Assembly: GCA_951406725.2 (NCBI GenBank)
Contig: OX597819.1
Span: forward strand, 94,674,001 to 94,738,000
Origin: Octopus vulgaris
Lineage: Eukaryota
DNA: 64,000 nt
Direction of reading: 5' to 3'
Part shown: positions 49,900 through 62,580 of the stretch, one piece after another
How positions within the stretch are numbered: the first letter of the stretch is position 1
How the letters are laid out: the number at the start of each line of letters is the position of its first letter
The notes under the pieces: generated by a model
What the model saw: only the letters and a program-made list of their open reading frames with translations
Databases searched by the model: none
What the model was told of the DNA's origin: nothing
Translations under genes and position numbers: made by a program

Positions 49900-52800
49900 T
49901 ATTCATTACCAATGATCTAATATTAGTAGCCATATTCATTAAGTTTTTATTTTATTTGCTGATATACATGTGTGTGTGTGTGTATTATATATATATTGCG
50001 AATTTGAAAAGTAATGTCACTCTTGTTTTAGCATCTGGTTGATCTTTTCTGAAGGAGTTTGAATTTTTAATTCTGGGAAGCTCTGAGATTCCAGAAGGCT
50101 GTTTGTTGTGAATCCACATCAATATTTATCATCTTAGATAGCATGTGACACACATAGAGGCTGTTCTGTTACTGTTTGCACTTGCTGTTTAATTTTAGAT
50201 TAAACAGTCTTTTCCTAAGTATAATGCACCTAGGACCACATTAGGTAATGTCACCATACTTTTTTTTTTATAACAGTATGATGTAAGGAAGAATTGGTTG
50301 CTCTTTCCAGTTGGTTGAACCACTGGAACCCTAGTAAGTTTGAGAGATTGGCAATAGTTTGACTATAACTTTTGCTTCAAATACATCACATTCGATCATC
50401 AGTGTCCATAGTTCATTAGCAGTCATAGTACTGCTGTCCTCAGTAGGGCTTTGACCATGGATTTGTAAGGACACCCAAAGCTTATCCTCCCCAAGGTTGA
50501 TTCTGAGACGATGTCTGGACTAGCAAATAACTCTTGATGTATCAGATTTCAACCCTGCACTCATTTATGCTGAATAACTTCTTTACATCCATGTCATAAA
50601 TATCAGAGGTATGATGAATAGAATCTGTCCCAATTGAGATTTTTACAGAAGTTCAGTTAAACTTTGATTCTGACTGGATGTTATTTCTCCAACCCTCATT
50701 TGTTCTCTAAAGTATTTCCAGTTGAGCTACTTACTGTTAATATTACAACAGGCTAGAACTTCAAAAATCTAAGCTAATTTACAATCATCAATCTAGAGTT
50801 ACACACTAAAAACCTTTGTTGGGGGAATAGCTGCAAGTGTCTCTTCCATGGACTAAACAATAAAAGATTTATCTCATCAATTTCCTACTCTCCAGAGGCA
50901 TACATTGTTGTTCATGTCATTACTTTATTTAAAAATGAAAGAGAATACTTTGGAGAGAATAGGAAGTTTTCTTCTATTTTTACAAGAATGATTTTCAAAT
51001 GGTGTTTATTTGTCCTATTAATTGCCCAGATCTTTCACCTGAGATACTTTGCTAACCTTTGCAAAATTAAATTTGTAAGGTCAGGTATTCCAACTTCAAA
51101 TAGTCTTTCAGTTCTTTTGGTAGTCTATAAAGTAGAAATTTCAGCAACAAAATGTTTCATTTCATTTCTACATAATGATTCCTTTTGCTTAATCACAAGA
51201 GTCAGTAGAATGAAGTGGTATTTTATAGGCTTTAGAAGGGTGTGGATGCAGAATTAAGAATCAAAATGCTCCGGAATATCTAACCTGGTTCTTTAACATC
51301 TCTGCTAACCCACATGATCTATCACAAATATAACTTTTTGGGGGTTTTTTTTGTCATTTACTTGTTAAACCTTGATTGCACAAACTTATGGTCAAAGACA
51401 TTCCAGCAGATTTATTTTCAAAGCTTCTCTATCTTTTTCTCAGCCAATCCAATGTGTCCTTTTCAAAGATGGTAGAATAAAATGTGATTTCATGAAATCT
51501 TGGCTGCTATGTCTAGCAGTACCACCTTTAGCTCATTTACTAGGGTGTTATGTTGTATCATTAAATAAGGCATTTATGATTTCAGTAATTTTTCAAACAT
51601 TTTTTTAAAAAGCTGGTTTCTTACTTGTCTGCTTATTAAATTAGATTAACACTCAAAATCTTTTGTATATATTCTGTTATAGACATGTAACATCAATTTG
51701 CTATTCTAGTTTCAGTTTTATGGTCTGAAAATAGGACCTAATTTGTTCTAACAGCTAGCTTATAAACTGCTGGTGTTTCAGCAAAGTACATTACATACTT
51801 GAAATAGCAGCTGAATCTTTCACAAACAACACTAGTTCAAAAAGAAAAAAAGTCCATTTTGAAGAATATAGACTTAGAAATATTAATTATGAAAAAGAAA
51901 TAAGATGGGGTGGTCTTCCCTGGAATACCTTTAATCACAGTTTAGCTTGGGCAGGACTGACTTGAGACTAAATAACTTATTGCACTTTCATATTACTGAT
52001 GGAATTCTCTTCGACTTAGGCAGTTTTCTTTTGTAGTGGATTTAATTTGATTAACTACATTAAGTTTTAGGTGGAAGCATGTGGCTCAATGGTTAGGATA
52101 AGATTATGGTTTTGATTCCTGGACCAGGTGATATGTTGTGTTCTTGAGCAAATCATTTAATTTCATGTTGCTCCAGTCCACTCAGCTGGCAAAATAAGTA
52201 TTTCTACGACAGACCAGCGTCTCATCCAGTGCAGAATATATATGCTATAGAAACTGGGAAAATGACCCTATATGTCCCCATGACTTAGGAAGGAGCTTTA
52301 TCCTGTCATCAAGCCAAGATATTTTGGCTACTTTTCTACTCAACTACATAGCAATTACAATTTCATTCATATATTACTTTGTTGGTTGTATTTGTATTGT
52401 TAAAGACACTACCAAAAAATTAATAAATATATATATGTATGTGTATATATATATATATATATATGATATAATACATAGACTCTACAATGAAAAAATATGT
52501 GCTAGTGAATACTGTTGTTAATTCATATAAATGTATCCTCTTATGCAAAAAATTGATATGTCAAAAGAAATTTATATGCTTCGGAAAAATTTTATATAAA
52601 TCACTGTTGCATGGTTGTTATTACAATGTCCATTTTTCCATGCTGGCATGGTTTGGACAGGTTTGTCACACAATATATTATCGTTCATCACAATCCTTTT
52701 TCATTTCATCAGTGAGGGTCCAGTATCTTGAGATTTTGGTTTCACCACTTCTCATTTTTTTCATTACTACAAATACCTGTTATTTTATTAAACTTTAATT

Positions 52801-54540
52801 CTTAATAAATTTTGTATTGAGTTGGCTAAAAGAAATGTAACTTCTTTTATGAAACAAAATGGTTTGTGATAAATGTAAAAAATCCTATTAATAAACAAAA
52901 TACTTTCACTGAATTACCTTATCTATTGTATTTTTGTTCAGGAAATAAGTCACTGGAAATGATACTACCTTCACTATCACACATTCAATACATGTTAACA
53001 ATCTAAACAAAATATATTTTTATTATTATGTTTGTTGTATCTAATGACAACTCCAAGCATTACACTATATTACTTTATATGACTTATTTTAATGTAATTT
53101 GTTATTTTTGGGACTACATGTGAAAATAAACTGAATTGAAATTGAAACTGAACATACAATACTTTTTCATCACTCATTTGCAACACATCATTACCAAGGA
53201 AGTTGTCTCAACAGCATATATCACTCGAAACCCAGCAACTTTATACTTCTTTTCATACAAGTTAATATATCACATTCAACAGATCATATTTCATTTCTCT
53301 AGCATCATCATGTTTTCTTTTCTATAGTCAGTGCAAAGTTTGACTTTGTATTCATTCAGACTTTATTATCTACTTTGTACACAGAAATCCTTAGATTCAA
53401 CTCTGATTGAGGAGACCTGTGATGAGAAGCATTCTTGCTTTTGAACACTGTCTTTATGTATATCTTATGATTTAAGATGCTAAGGTATCTTGATGTATAT
53501 CTTTGATTTAAGGTGGTAAGGTGTGAATGGAGGGAAGGTTCAGTGCCTGCATAGAAGCTCCCCCAGCTGCACACATAGGTGACAGCCCATTGAACATTGT
53601 ACACTCTAGCTATACTGCTCCTGGGTTCATAGTGAAAATATTTTGATTTAGGATAGGATACTGAGTTCAGATTAATATTTTTCAGTTTTTTTCTGTTTTT
53701 ATTAGCCAAAATCAGGTATGGGTAACCTTTTTTCAGAAAGTGGGTTGCACAAGACCTTCCTCATCATCAGATAGGGTGCACTACTAAAAAGCATTAGACA
53801 TGCCATTTAGAAAGTCCTGCAGTTTGCCAATGACTGACCTAAATATAACATAGCCTGTGTCATCAAAACACTATCTTTATGATAGCGAGTTAGATATAGT
53901 GTATAATTAAAACAAATGACTGTATCATAACAAATTTCGTATGGCCTACTGGCAAACGTGTTTTCATTTACCTAATATTAACTGAATTAAAGACATCACA
54001 TTTTCTTACATCAACTGACATTTTCTCATATTCATTTACATACTATAAGTATAATCCACAATTTTTTTATAATGCCAGGCGTTCGTGTAACGTCTTTTGA
54101 ACAAGGGACATAACTCTATTTCTTTCTACCGTTAGTCAGAAAGGTTGTGGGGACTTTTCGCTTAATAACTAATTGACTGTCGTTTAGAAAGTATATTATT
54201 AATATTTCCGGGAACACTACTTCGTCAATGCAGTAAATGCCTACGTTTATCAAAACATTAATCAGAATGCCAATAAATGGAGAAATAAAAGCAAAAAGTA
54301 TGATGTGGCTTCCCTTATAGCTGCCAATAAAGAACCACTATGTGGTTGATCAATCATCTAGAAATAACAGCCAAATTAACCCCTTCCCCCATCACACTCA
54401 TCTCTCGTTATAATGTTATATACAAATATACTGAAGAAAAAGGATGGGACAATCACGGCTGCAAAGCCTGTTCGATCAGGTTTAAAATATGCTTCTAAAG
54501 CAACCGGCGTTAGATTAGCGCGTTACCATATCCAACAAGA

Positions 54541-55332
54541 GGATCTTTTCCTTTTGAACGGCAGATGTCAACACAATTTCTAGTTAACTAAACACTTTTA
54601 AACTTCGTATACTGGTATAATGTGTTTATAAAACATTATTTTTTCTTGGCTTTATTGAGAAAATTCTATATGTTGTAACATATTTCGACTTTAAAATCGA
54701 GCATTTCGGCAATTTTAACCAATCGCTCACCTCCATTTGGGGTGAAAAGATTCCGTGCTGTATGAATATGTCCCTTGTTTAAGAAACAGATTAGGTTTAT
54801 TTACATTTGCGAAGAAAAAAGATACCCTTCCCCCCACCCCTAACCCTAATCCTAAAATAGATTGAAATGCAATAGATCGATACTAGGGTCATAATTATAG
54901 GTAACAATTTCATACGACACCGCTACGGAAAACGGGATTTTTTTTTCTAGCGGTGTCAAATGAAAATGTCACCCATATTTATGGCCCTAGTATCGATCTA
55001 TTGCATTTCAATCTATTTTAGGATTAGGGTTAGGAGTGGGGGGAAGGGTATCTTTTTTCTTCGCAAATGTAAATAAACCCAATCTGGTTCTTAAACAAGG
55101 GACATATTCATACAGCACAGAATCTTTTCACCCCAAATGGAGGTGAGCGATTGGTTAAAATTGCCGAAATGCTCGATTTTAAAGTGGAAATATGTTACAA
55201 CATATAGAATTTTCTCAATAAAGTCAAGAAAAAATGATGTTTTATAAACACATTCAACCAGTATACGAAGTTTAAAAGTGTTTAGTTAACTAGAAATTGT
55301 GCTGACATCTGCCGTTCAAAAGGAAAAGATCC
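54541..55332. mobile_element. 792-bp foldback MITE, Merlin-like
   Basis: Almost fully palindromic (GGATCTTTTCC...GGAAAAGATCC); perfect 8-bp TSD CAACAAGA at 54533-54540 and 55333-55340. Confidence 0.88.
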
Positions 55333-55735
55333 CAACAAGATACTATCTCATCTGCCAAATGCAAAGACAGTCAGTTTTAAGCATAGGCTCTATACATCCT
55401 TATAATTCCTGAAAGAATTAAATTTCTAAATTTATTTCACAATTTTAAAAGAAAGAGAGTTCTTAGGGTCATGTATTTTTTCTGAAATCTTGTTTGGTCA
55501 GATCTGTGATCAAAGACGTCTTAACTGTGACCATCCCCCCTTTTAGGAGACTCTAGACATTGCATATTGCGGTCCGAGCAACTGCGTAGAGGCTCTGTGT
55601 TTGGTTTGTTTCGTTATTTTAATAAGGGTAGCAAAGTAAAACATTTTCTGTAACAACTCTTCTCTCTACAAATTATCATCATCATTTAACGTCTGTCTTC
55701 CATGCAGGCATGGGTTGAACGGTTTGACTGGGATG

Positions 55736-57077
55736 GGCAACTCGATTAATTAATTTTCTTTAACTAAACACTTTCAAACTTCGGATACTGGTAGAATGTG
55801 TCATACAGGACATCTTTTACTCTTAGTGTTGTTGAGAAAAGTTTCTATTTTCAAAGTTACTTCGTGTTAAAGTTGTCGTATTTCGGTAATTTCGACCAAT
55901 TAATGATGTGTATTCAGCTGAATAAAATTACTGCTGTTGTTTGTCGACAACTTCCAACGGTGTGTGTTTGTACTGCTTCTAGCTTATTCAGTTTTTCAGC
56001 TACTATTTTCAAGTCGCTACTCTGTATTTTTTAAAATTATTTTTGTTACACGTTTGTATAATTTTTTGATTAAAATTTTTTTTGAAAATCGCCATCATAA
56101 TCGTTTGTGCATTTGTACTGCTTTTGGCTTTTTCGAAATTGCTTATGTTTTGCAGTTTTTCGGCTACTATTTTCAAGCCTTTACTCTGTATTTTGTTTGT
56201 TTTCTTATTGATAAATTTTTTGATACAGTAAAAACGGAGGAAGATGCGGAAGCATACTTGAAGCATACTTGATAGAGAAGGGTATTATACCTTCTGTTAA
56301 GAAGTGTAAAAATGGGCACTTCATGAAAAAAAATTTGTGCAGAAGAATGTTTGCTGGCGGTGCACTCGCAAAGGTTGATAGGAGAAAGTGTCTCTCAGAA
56401 AGGGGACATGGTTATAAGGTAGCACACTTCCTTTTGGGACTGTAGTAATTTTTTTTTATTTTGTATTCTTGGGTCAAGGAACTGACTACTGTCTGTTATT
56501 GTGTAGAAGAACTGGGGATGAGCCATAATGCAGCTGTGGACTATAACGAGAAGTATGCGCACATGACTTGCTCATGAACCCAGTTCAAATAGGTGGTCTT
56601 GGGAAGACTGTCAAGATAGATGAGACAGTCTTCTCTAGGAAAAGGTATAATTGAGGAAGGGTGCTACCTCAGCACTGGGTTTTCGGAGGAGTGTGTCGCG
56701 AGACCAGACAAGTTTTTCTTTATGCAGTACCTTGTCGGAATTGTGACACACTCGAAGAATGCATCTGCCACTCAGTCCTCCCAGGTACCACAATATTTAG
56801 TGACCTGAGGGCGGGCATATTCACATATTCCAGAGATAGAGGGATACAATTTTCGACATCGAATGGTGAACCACAGCATCGAGTTTAACTTTATAGATAA
56901 TACACAACAAATACAAAGTACTTGGGTGTGTTTAAAATGGGGTAACAAGCGACGGTGCGGTATACACTGTTCTATGATTGATTCCTATCTCTGCGAATTC
57001 ATGTGGCGGCGCAGACATGAGAAAAGTGACCTTTGGGAGAAATTGCTGGAAAGCATTTGAAACTTCTCAAATGGTAA
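55736..57077 (+). mobile_element. Degenerate Merlin (ISXO2-like DDE transposase) transposon
   Basis: IGGLGKTVKIDETVF, WVFGGVCRET, VLPGTTIFSD, VNHS, YLCEFMWRRRH; multiple frameshifts. Confidence 0.85.
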
Positions 57078-58714
57078 TTAACCCATTCGTTACTATATAT
57101 CTGACCAAAATACACCCCTGAGTTTAAATTAAATTCTGAAATAATCATGTTTCATTAAACAACTGTAATTTTTTTTTTACTTATCAACATAATGTGATAT
57201 TTGGAACATAATCAGAGAAATGGTTCTTAATTCTATTACATAATTTTGTCTCAAAGTGACTCTAATTACAGGTAAACTGAGCAAAATGCAAAAATATTTA
57301 AATTTTGTTTAAACATTACCATAGAAAATGAGTCATCAGCTAATATTCAATTGGGTATGCAACAAAATTTTGATACAGAAGAATTGTGCTCATCACTAGA
57401 TTATCAGTAGAATTTAATGCACAGAAGAACAGGTGTACCATAAAGGTAAAATCAACTGAAATACTGGAATTTGTTTTTGAAGAAAACTAGAAAATTAAAT
57501 ACATCAACTAAATGAAATATACTCACATGAATACACAGGAACATATATAACAATGATTTACAACAGAAATGAAAAATCAAAACTGGTCAATCACCTTACA
57601 GGCAAATTAAAATTACAGGTGAATTAAAATAAAAAGTAAATCTAAGTAAATTTGAAAAATATTTATACAATCTAATTATACATATATACAATATTCACAT
57701 ATTTCTATCATGGAAAGTTGTAAAACATCCCTTTCTACATACTGCAACGTTGCAGAATGCACATTGGAAAGATGTTTCAACTGGCCGTCCACTGGGAGTT
57801 TTTCTTTGTTGATGTAGACATTCATGGCACTGCCCTTTGTGACCCCTGATTTTTTTCTAATTTATGTAGATCGGCTGAACTCTGGCAGGCTTTGCTTTTC
57901 CTTCCTGCAGTTATTTTTTTTTGAGGAATAACCTGCTCTCAAACATGTTACTACATCTGCTCGGAACAGCAGATGGTTGCACCACTTGCGAACCTCTCCT
58001 GATTTGGTATATAATATAAATGCATTTACAATGCTCATGTTTACTATATACCAAACCAGGTATCACCACCATTTATTACCTGGTGTACCAACTGGATAAT
58101 AACTCATCATCTGGTTCAGCCGATCCACACCACCTATGTACCTATTGTAATCAAGGTTCACAAACGGGGCTGTCATTTTCATCTACACATGGTTGTGCAC
58201 TGGCAGATAGAAAATTTATCTGCCGCTTATCTCCGTATGTAGTTGCTGGCAGATTTCCTTTCTGCCATTGGATTATTTCACCTCTTTTTTTATATCCAAC
58301 AGCAGCCCTATTCTACTAGAAACTACTGTAGCACACGTATACATTGCCACAGATTCTAAATCCACCGCAAGTTTGACTGAACTAAAAAATCAGTCAAATT
58401 AATATACGGCCCTGGATATGGTTTGGAAGTGATAAATTCCAGACCACATCATAACCTAGGCCATGCTGACTAACATTATTGTCTCTTTTTCCCTGTATAA
58501 AAGCTAAATCCACTGCAGCACCCAGTATTTGCTTCACAAATTTTCTAAACTTTGATCCCCTATTTCATGGGCTTTCCTGGTATATACTGTCGGAAGCGTA
58601 CCCTTCCTTTATACCCCACCATGCCCTCATCGATGGATAAGTATCTCTCAGGGTACTAAAATGTTTTATATGCATTTTGAATGCAGTCGATGAGGAGTCT
58701 TATTTTAAATAAAG

Positions 58715-58890
58715 GTGGCACGTAAAAACCACCCACTACACTCTTGGAGTTGTTGGTGTTAGGAAGGGCATCCAGCAGTAGAAACTCTGCCAGATCAAGA
58801 CTGAAGCCTGGTGCAGCCATCTGGTTGCCAGCCCTCAGTCAAAACCGTCCAACCCATGCTAGCATGGAAAACGGACGTTAAATGATGATG
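58715..58890 (+). mobile_element. RTE 3' tail inserted in piggyBac
   Basis: Tail consensus plus (GAT)n; piggyBac reading continues on both sides. Confidence 0.85.
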
Positions 58891-58987
58891 AAAGTTTGGT
58901 TCTCCACGAACTGGGGCACTGCTAGTGTCTCTCACATGTAAATACTGGATCAGTTTTACAAATTGTGTTCAGGTCATAATACTGGAA

Positions 58988-61900
58988 GTAATTGAGGTAA
59001 TCAGAGTATGCGACAGAATACTTAAGATTAGATTAGCGCTTCATCATAGTTTAGCAACCATTATATCAGCCTATGCTCCTCAGTCGGGGCTACCTGATGG
59101 ACAGAAAGACCGATTCTATGACACTCTACTGCAGACTACCTCGTTGACGAACAACAGAGACCTTCTCTTTGTGGCTGGTGACTTCAATGGTCACGTTGGA
59201 CGACATGCTGGGGGCTTCCACGGCGTACATGGAGGCTATGGCTCTGGTTCCCGCAACAAGGAGGGAACCAGGCTGCTGGAGTTCTGCGATGCAAATAATC
59301 TTATGATTTGCAACACTAACTTCAGGAAACCTACCAGCCACCTAGTCACCTACCGATCGGGCCAACATACCAGCCAAATTGACTACATCCTTGCCAGGCA
59401 AAGGGAGAGATGGCTACTTATAAATGCCAAAACCTTCCCAGGCGAAGAATGCACCCCACAACATAGACTGGTAGTTAGTGACTTTAGGATCAGGAGTAGG
59501 AGGACAACCAGAAGACGACCAACATGGAGAAGAAGGATCTGGAAGCTTAAGGATCCTGTGAATGGACAGAGATTTAGAGACATGATACTTGAAGCCTTTG
59601 ACAAAGTAGAAGGGGATAGTGTATCACATGGGGTAGAGGACAACTGGACGTTTCTAAGGGACAACCTGCTGAGAGCCACTGACCAGATCTGTGGCTGGTG
59701 CAAAGTCCCCTCTCGTCCCAAGGTAACGTGGTGGTGGAACAGTGTCGTAGACAGGGCTATTAGAGAAAAGAGACAGACTTGGAAGCACTGAAGAATGGTG
59801 GTAGCAGGGAATTGTATCAGACTGCTAAAAGGGAAGCTAGGAGACAGGTCTATCTAGCCAGAGGGGAAGCAGATAAGAAAAAATTTGCCAATGTTCTGCG
59901 CCGTGAGGACCAAAGACTGGAGGTGTTTCGCGTTGCAAGACAGTGTGTGAGAGAGAATTGTGATGTGGTGGGAGAGAAGTGTGTTCGCATGGAAGATGGT
60001 TCACTTGCGCTAAACGAGGATGCAAAGAGAGAGGCTTGGAGACGCCACTATGAAAGGTTGCTGAATAAAGAAAATGAATGGGATAAAGAGAGTCTGCCGA
60101 ACGTTGACCCAACAGAGGGACCAGCTATCAGGGTTGATAGTTCCTTAGTAGCTAAGGCAATTAGAAGCATGAAGACAGGGAAAGCCCCAGGCCCATCAGG
60201 TATCACTGCAGAGATGCTCAAAATATCTGGTAGTGTTGGCTATAGCCTAGTTACCTGTATAGTTAATCAGGTGATACATGAAGGAGTCATACCCAATGAC
60301 TGGTGTAGCAGCATAATAGTCAACTGCTACAAAGGTAAAGGTGATGCCCTAGATACAAATAATTACAGAGGTATCAAGCTGTTGGATCAGGTGATGAAGG
60401 TTACAGAGAGGGTCATAAGCCAACTAATTAGAGAGAGAGTTAGTTTAGATGAGATGCAGTTTGGTTTCGTGCCAGGGAAAAGTACCACTGATGCTATATT
60501 CCTGGTAAGGCAGCTGCAGGAGAAATACCTAGCCAAAGATAAGGCCCTGTACCTGGCTTTTGTTGACATGGAGAAAGCCTTCGACAGGGTCCCCCGATCC
60601 CTCATATGGTGGTCAATGAGGAAACTAGGAATAGAAGAATGGTTAGTGAGAGCTGTGCAAGCCATGTACAGGGACGCTGCTAGTAAGGTGAGGGTTGGAA
60701 ATGAGTACAGTGAAGAATTCCGGGTAGAGGTAGGGGTCCACCAAGGCTCAGTCCTCAGCCCCCTCCTATTTATCATAGTCCTCCAGGCAATAACGGAGGA
60801 ATTCAAGACAGGATGCCCCTGGGAGCTCCTCTATGCTGATGACCTTGCTCTAATTGCTGAGTCATTATCAGAACTGGAGAAGAAGTTTCAGGTGTGGAAG
60901 CATGGTTTAGAATCGAAGGGCCTTAGAGTCAACCTAAGTCCTAATAAGTAGGAAGGTAGACAAATCACAAACGCCTTCAGGTAGATGGCCCTGCTCGATC
61001 TGTAGAAAAGGTGTAGGTAGAAACTCTATAAGATGCACCAAGTGTAAGCTATGGACACATAAGAGGTGCAGCAATGTCATAGGAAGGCTAACTAGGAAGA
61101 TGGTTTTTGTATGTGACAGATGCTCGGGAGCATTAACCTCTGAAAATCTGCAGAAAACAACTTCCATCACTTTCCAGGGGGAAAAACTAGAAGTAGTTGA
61201 TAGCTTCCGTTATCTTGGTGACCAAGTCAGTAGTGGGGGTGGGTGTGCTGAAAGTGTAACGGCTAGAATAAGAATAGCCTGGGCAAAGTTTAGGGAGCTC
61301 TTACCTCTGTTGGTGACTAAAGGCCTCTCGCTCAGAGTAAAAGGCAGACTGTATGATGCATGTGTATGAACAGCCATGCTACATGGCAGTGAAACATGGG
61401 CCGTGACTTCTGAGGACATGCGTAAGCTCGCGAGAAATGAAGCTAGTATGCTCCGTTGGATGTGTAATGTCAGTGTTCATAGTCGACAGAGTGTAAGTAC
61501 CTTGAGAGAAAAGTTGGACCTAAGAGGAATCAGATGTTGTGTGCAAGAGAGACGATTGCGCTGGTGTGGTCATGTGGTGAGAATGGATGAAGATAGGTGT
61601 GTGAAAAAGTGCCACACCCTGACAGTTGAGGGGACCTGTGGAAGAGGTAGACCCAGGAAAACCTGGGTCGAGGTGGTGAAGCATGACCTTCGAACTCTAG
61701 GTCTCACCAAGGAAATGACCAGAGACTGAGACCTATGGAAGTATGCTGTGCGTGAGAAGACCCGGCAAGACCAGTGAGAACAATCAAAATCAAATCATAT
61801 ATCAGAAAGCAGGGGTTAAGTGACCCATCTGTTCGTGTCCGCTGTCAGCCTCGTCTGGCACCCGTGCCGGTGATACGTAAAAGCACCATTCGCTCATGGC

Positions 61901-62580
61901 CGTTTGCCAGCTCTGCCTGGCCCCGTGTCGGTGGCACGTAAAAGCACCATCCGTTCGTGTTCGTTGCCAGCCTCACCTGGCCCCGTGCCGGTGACACGTA
62001 AAAGCACCGTCCGTTCGTGGCCGTTGGCCAGCTCTGTCTGGCCCTGTGTCGGTGGCACGTAAAAGCACCATCCGACCGTGTCCGTTGCCAGCCTCGGCTG
62101 GCCCCCGTGCCGGTGACACGTAAAAGCACCGTCCGCTCGTGGCCGTTTGCCAGCTCTGTCTGGCAACCGTGTCGGTGGCACGTAAAAGCACCATCTGTTC
62201 GCGTCCGTTGCCAGCCTCGGCTGGCCCCCGTGCCGGTGACACGTAAAAGCACCGTCCATTTGTGGCCGGTTGCCAGCTCTGTCTGGCCCCGTAAAAGCAC
62301 CATCCGTTCGTGTCCGTTGCCAGCATCGCCTGGCCCCGTGCCGGTGACACGTAAAAGCACCATCCGTTCGTCAGCTCTGTCTGGCACCTGTGCAGGTGGC
62401 ACGTAAAAAACACACACTACACTCGCGGAGTGGTTGGCGTTAGGAAGGGCATCCAGCCGTAGAAACACTGCCAGATCTGACTGGGCCTGACGAAGCCTTC
62501 CAGCTTCACAGACCCCAGTTGACCCGTCCAACCCATGCTAGCATGGAAAGCGGACGCTAAACGATGATGATGATGGTGAT
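58988..62580 (+). mobile_element. Near-complete, 5'-truncated RTE LINE (APE + RT), pseudogenised
   Basis: APE motifs SAYAPQ, AGDFNGHVG, SQIDYIL; RT motifs QGSVLSPLLF, YADD; frameshifts at ~59785 and ~60936, stops at 61367 and 61727; (GAT)n tail. Confidence 0.95.
61830..62415 (+). repeat. ~60-bp tandem array (10 units) in the RTE 3'UTR
   Basis: Core GTGYCGGTGRCACGTAAAAGCACC; alternating cagcctc.../cagctctg... unit types. Confidence 0.92.

Noticed and set aside
53356-53709. 117-aa minus-strand ORF
   Set aside because: Non-ATG start, no recognisable domain or splice context
53725-53770. Minus-strand CTGATGA...GAAA, possible hammerhead
   Set aside because: No helix III, cleavage triplet or stem I
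54838-54853. TAACCC telomeric-like motifs (also ~6745 and ~63465)
   Set aside because: Only 2-3 imperfect units inside transposon sequences; not an interstitial telomere
61830-62415. CRISPR-like repeat/spacer appearance
   Set aside because: Intervening segments are homologous to each other rather than unique, there are no cas genes, and the array is the 3'UTR of a eukaryotic LINE
61845-62531. 228-aa and overlapping minus-strand ORFs
   Set aside because: Stop-poor translation of the GC-rich tandem array; the same spurious peptides (LDALPNA.HS) appear at the other RTE tails
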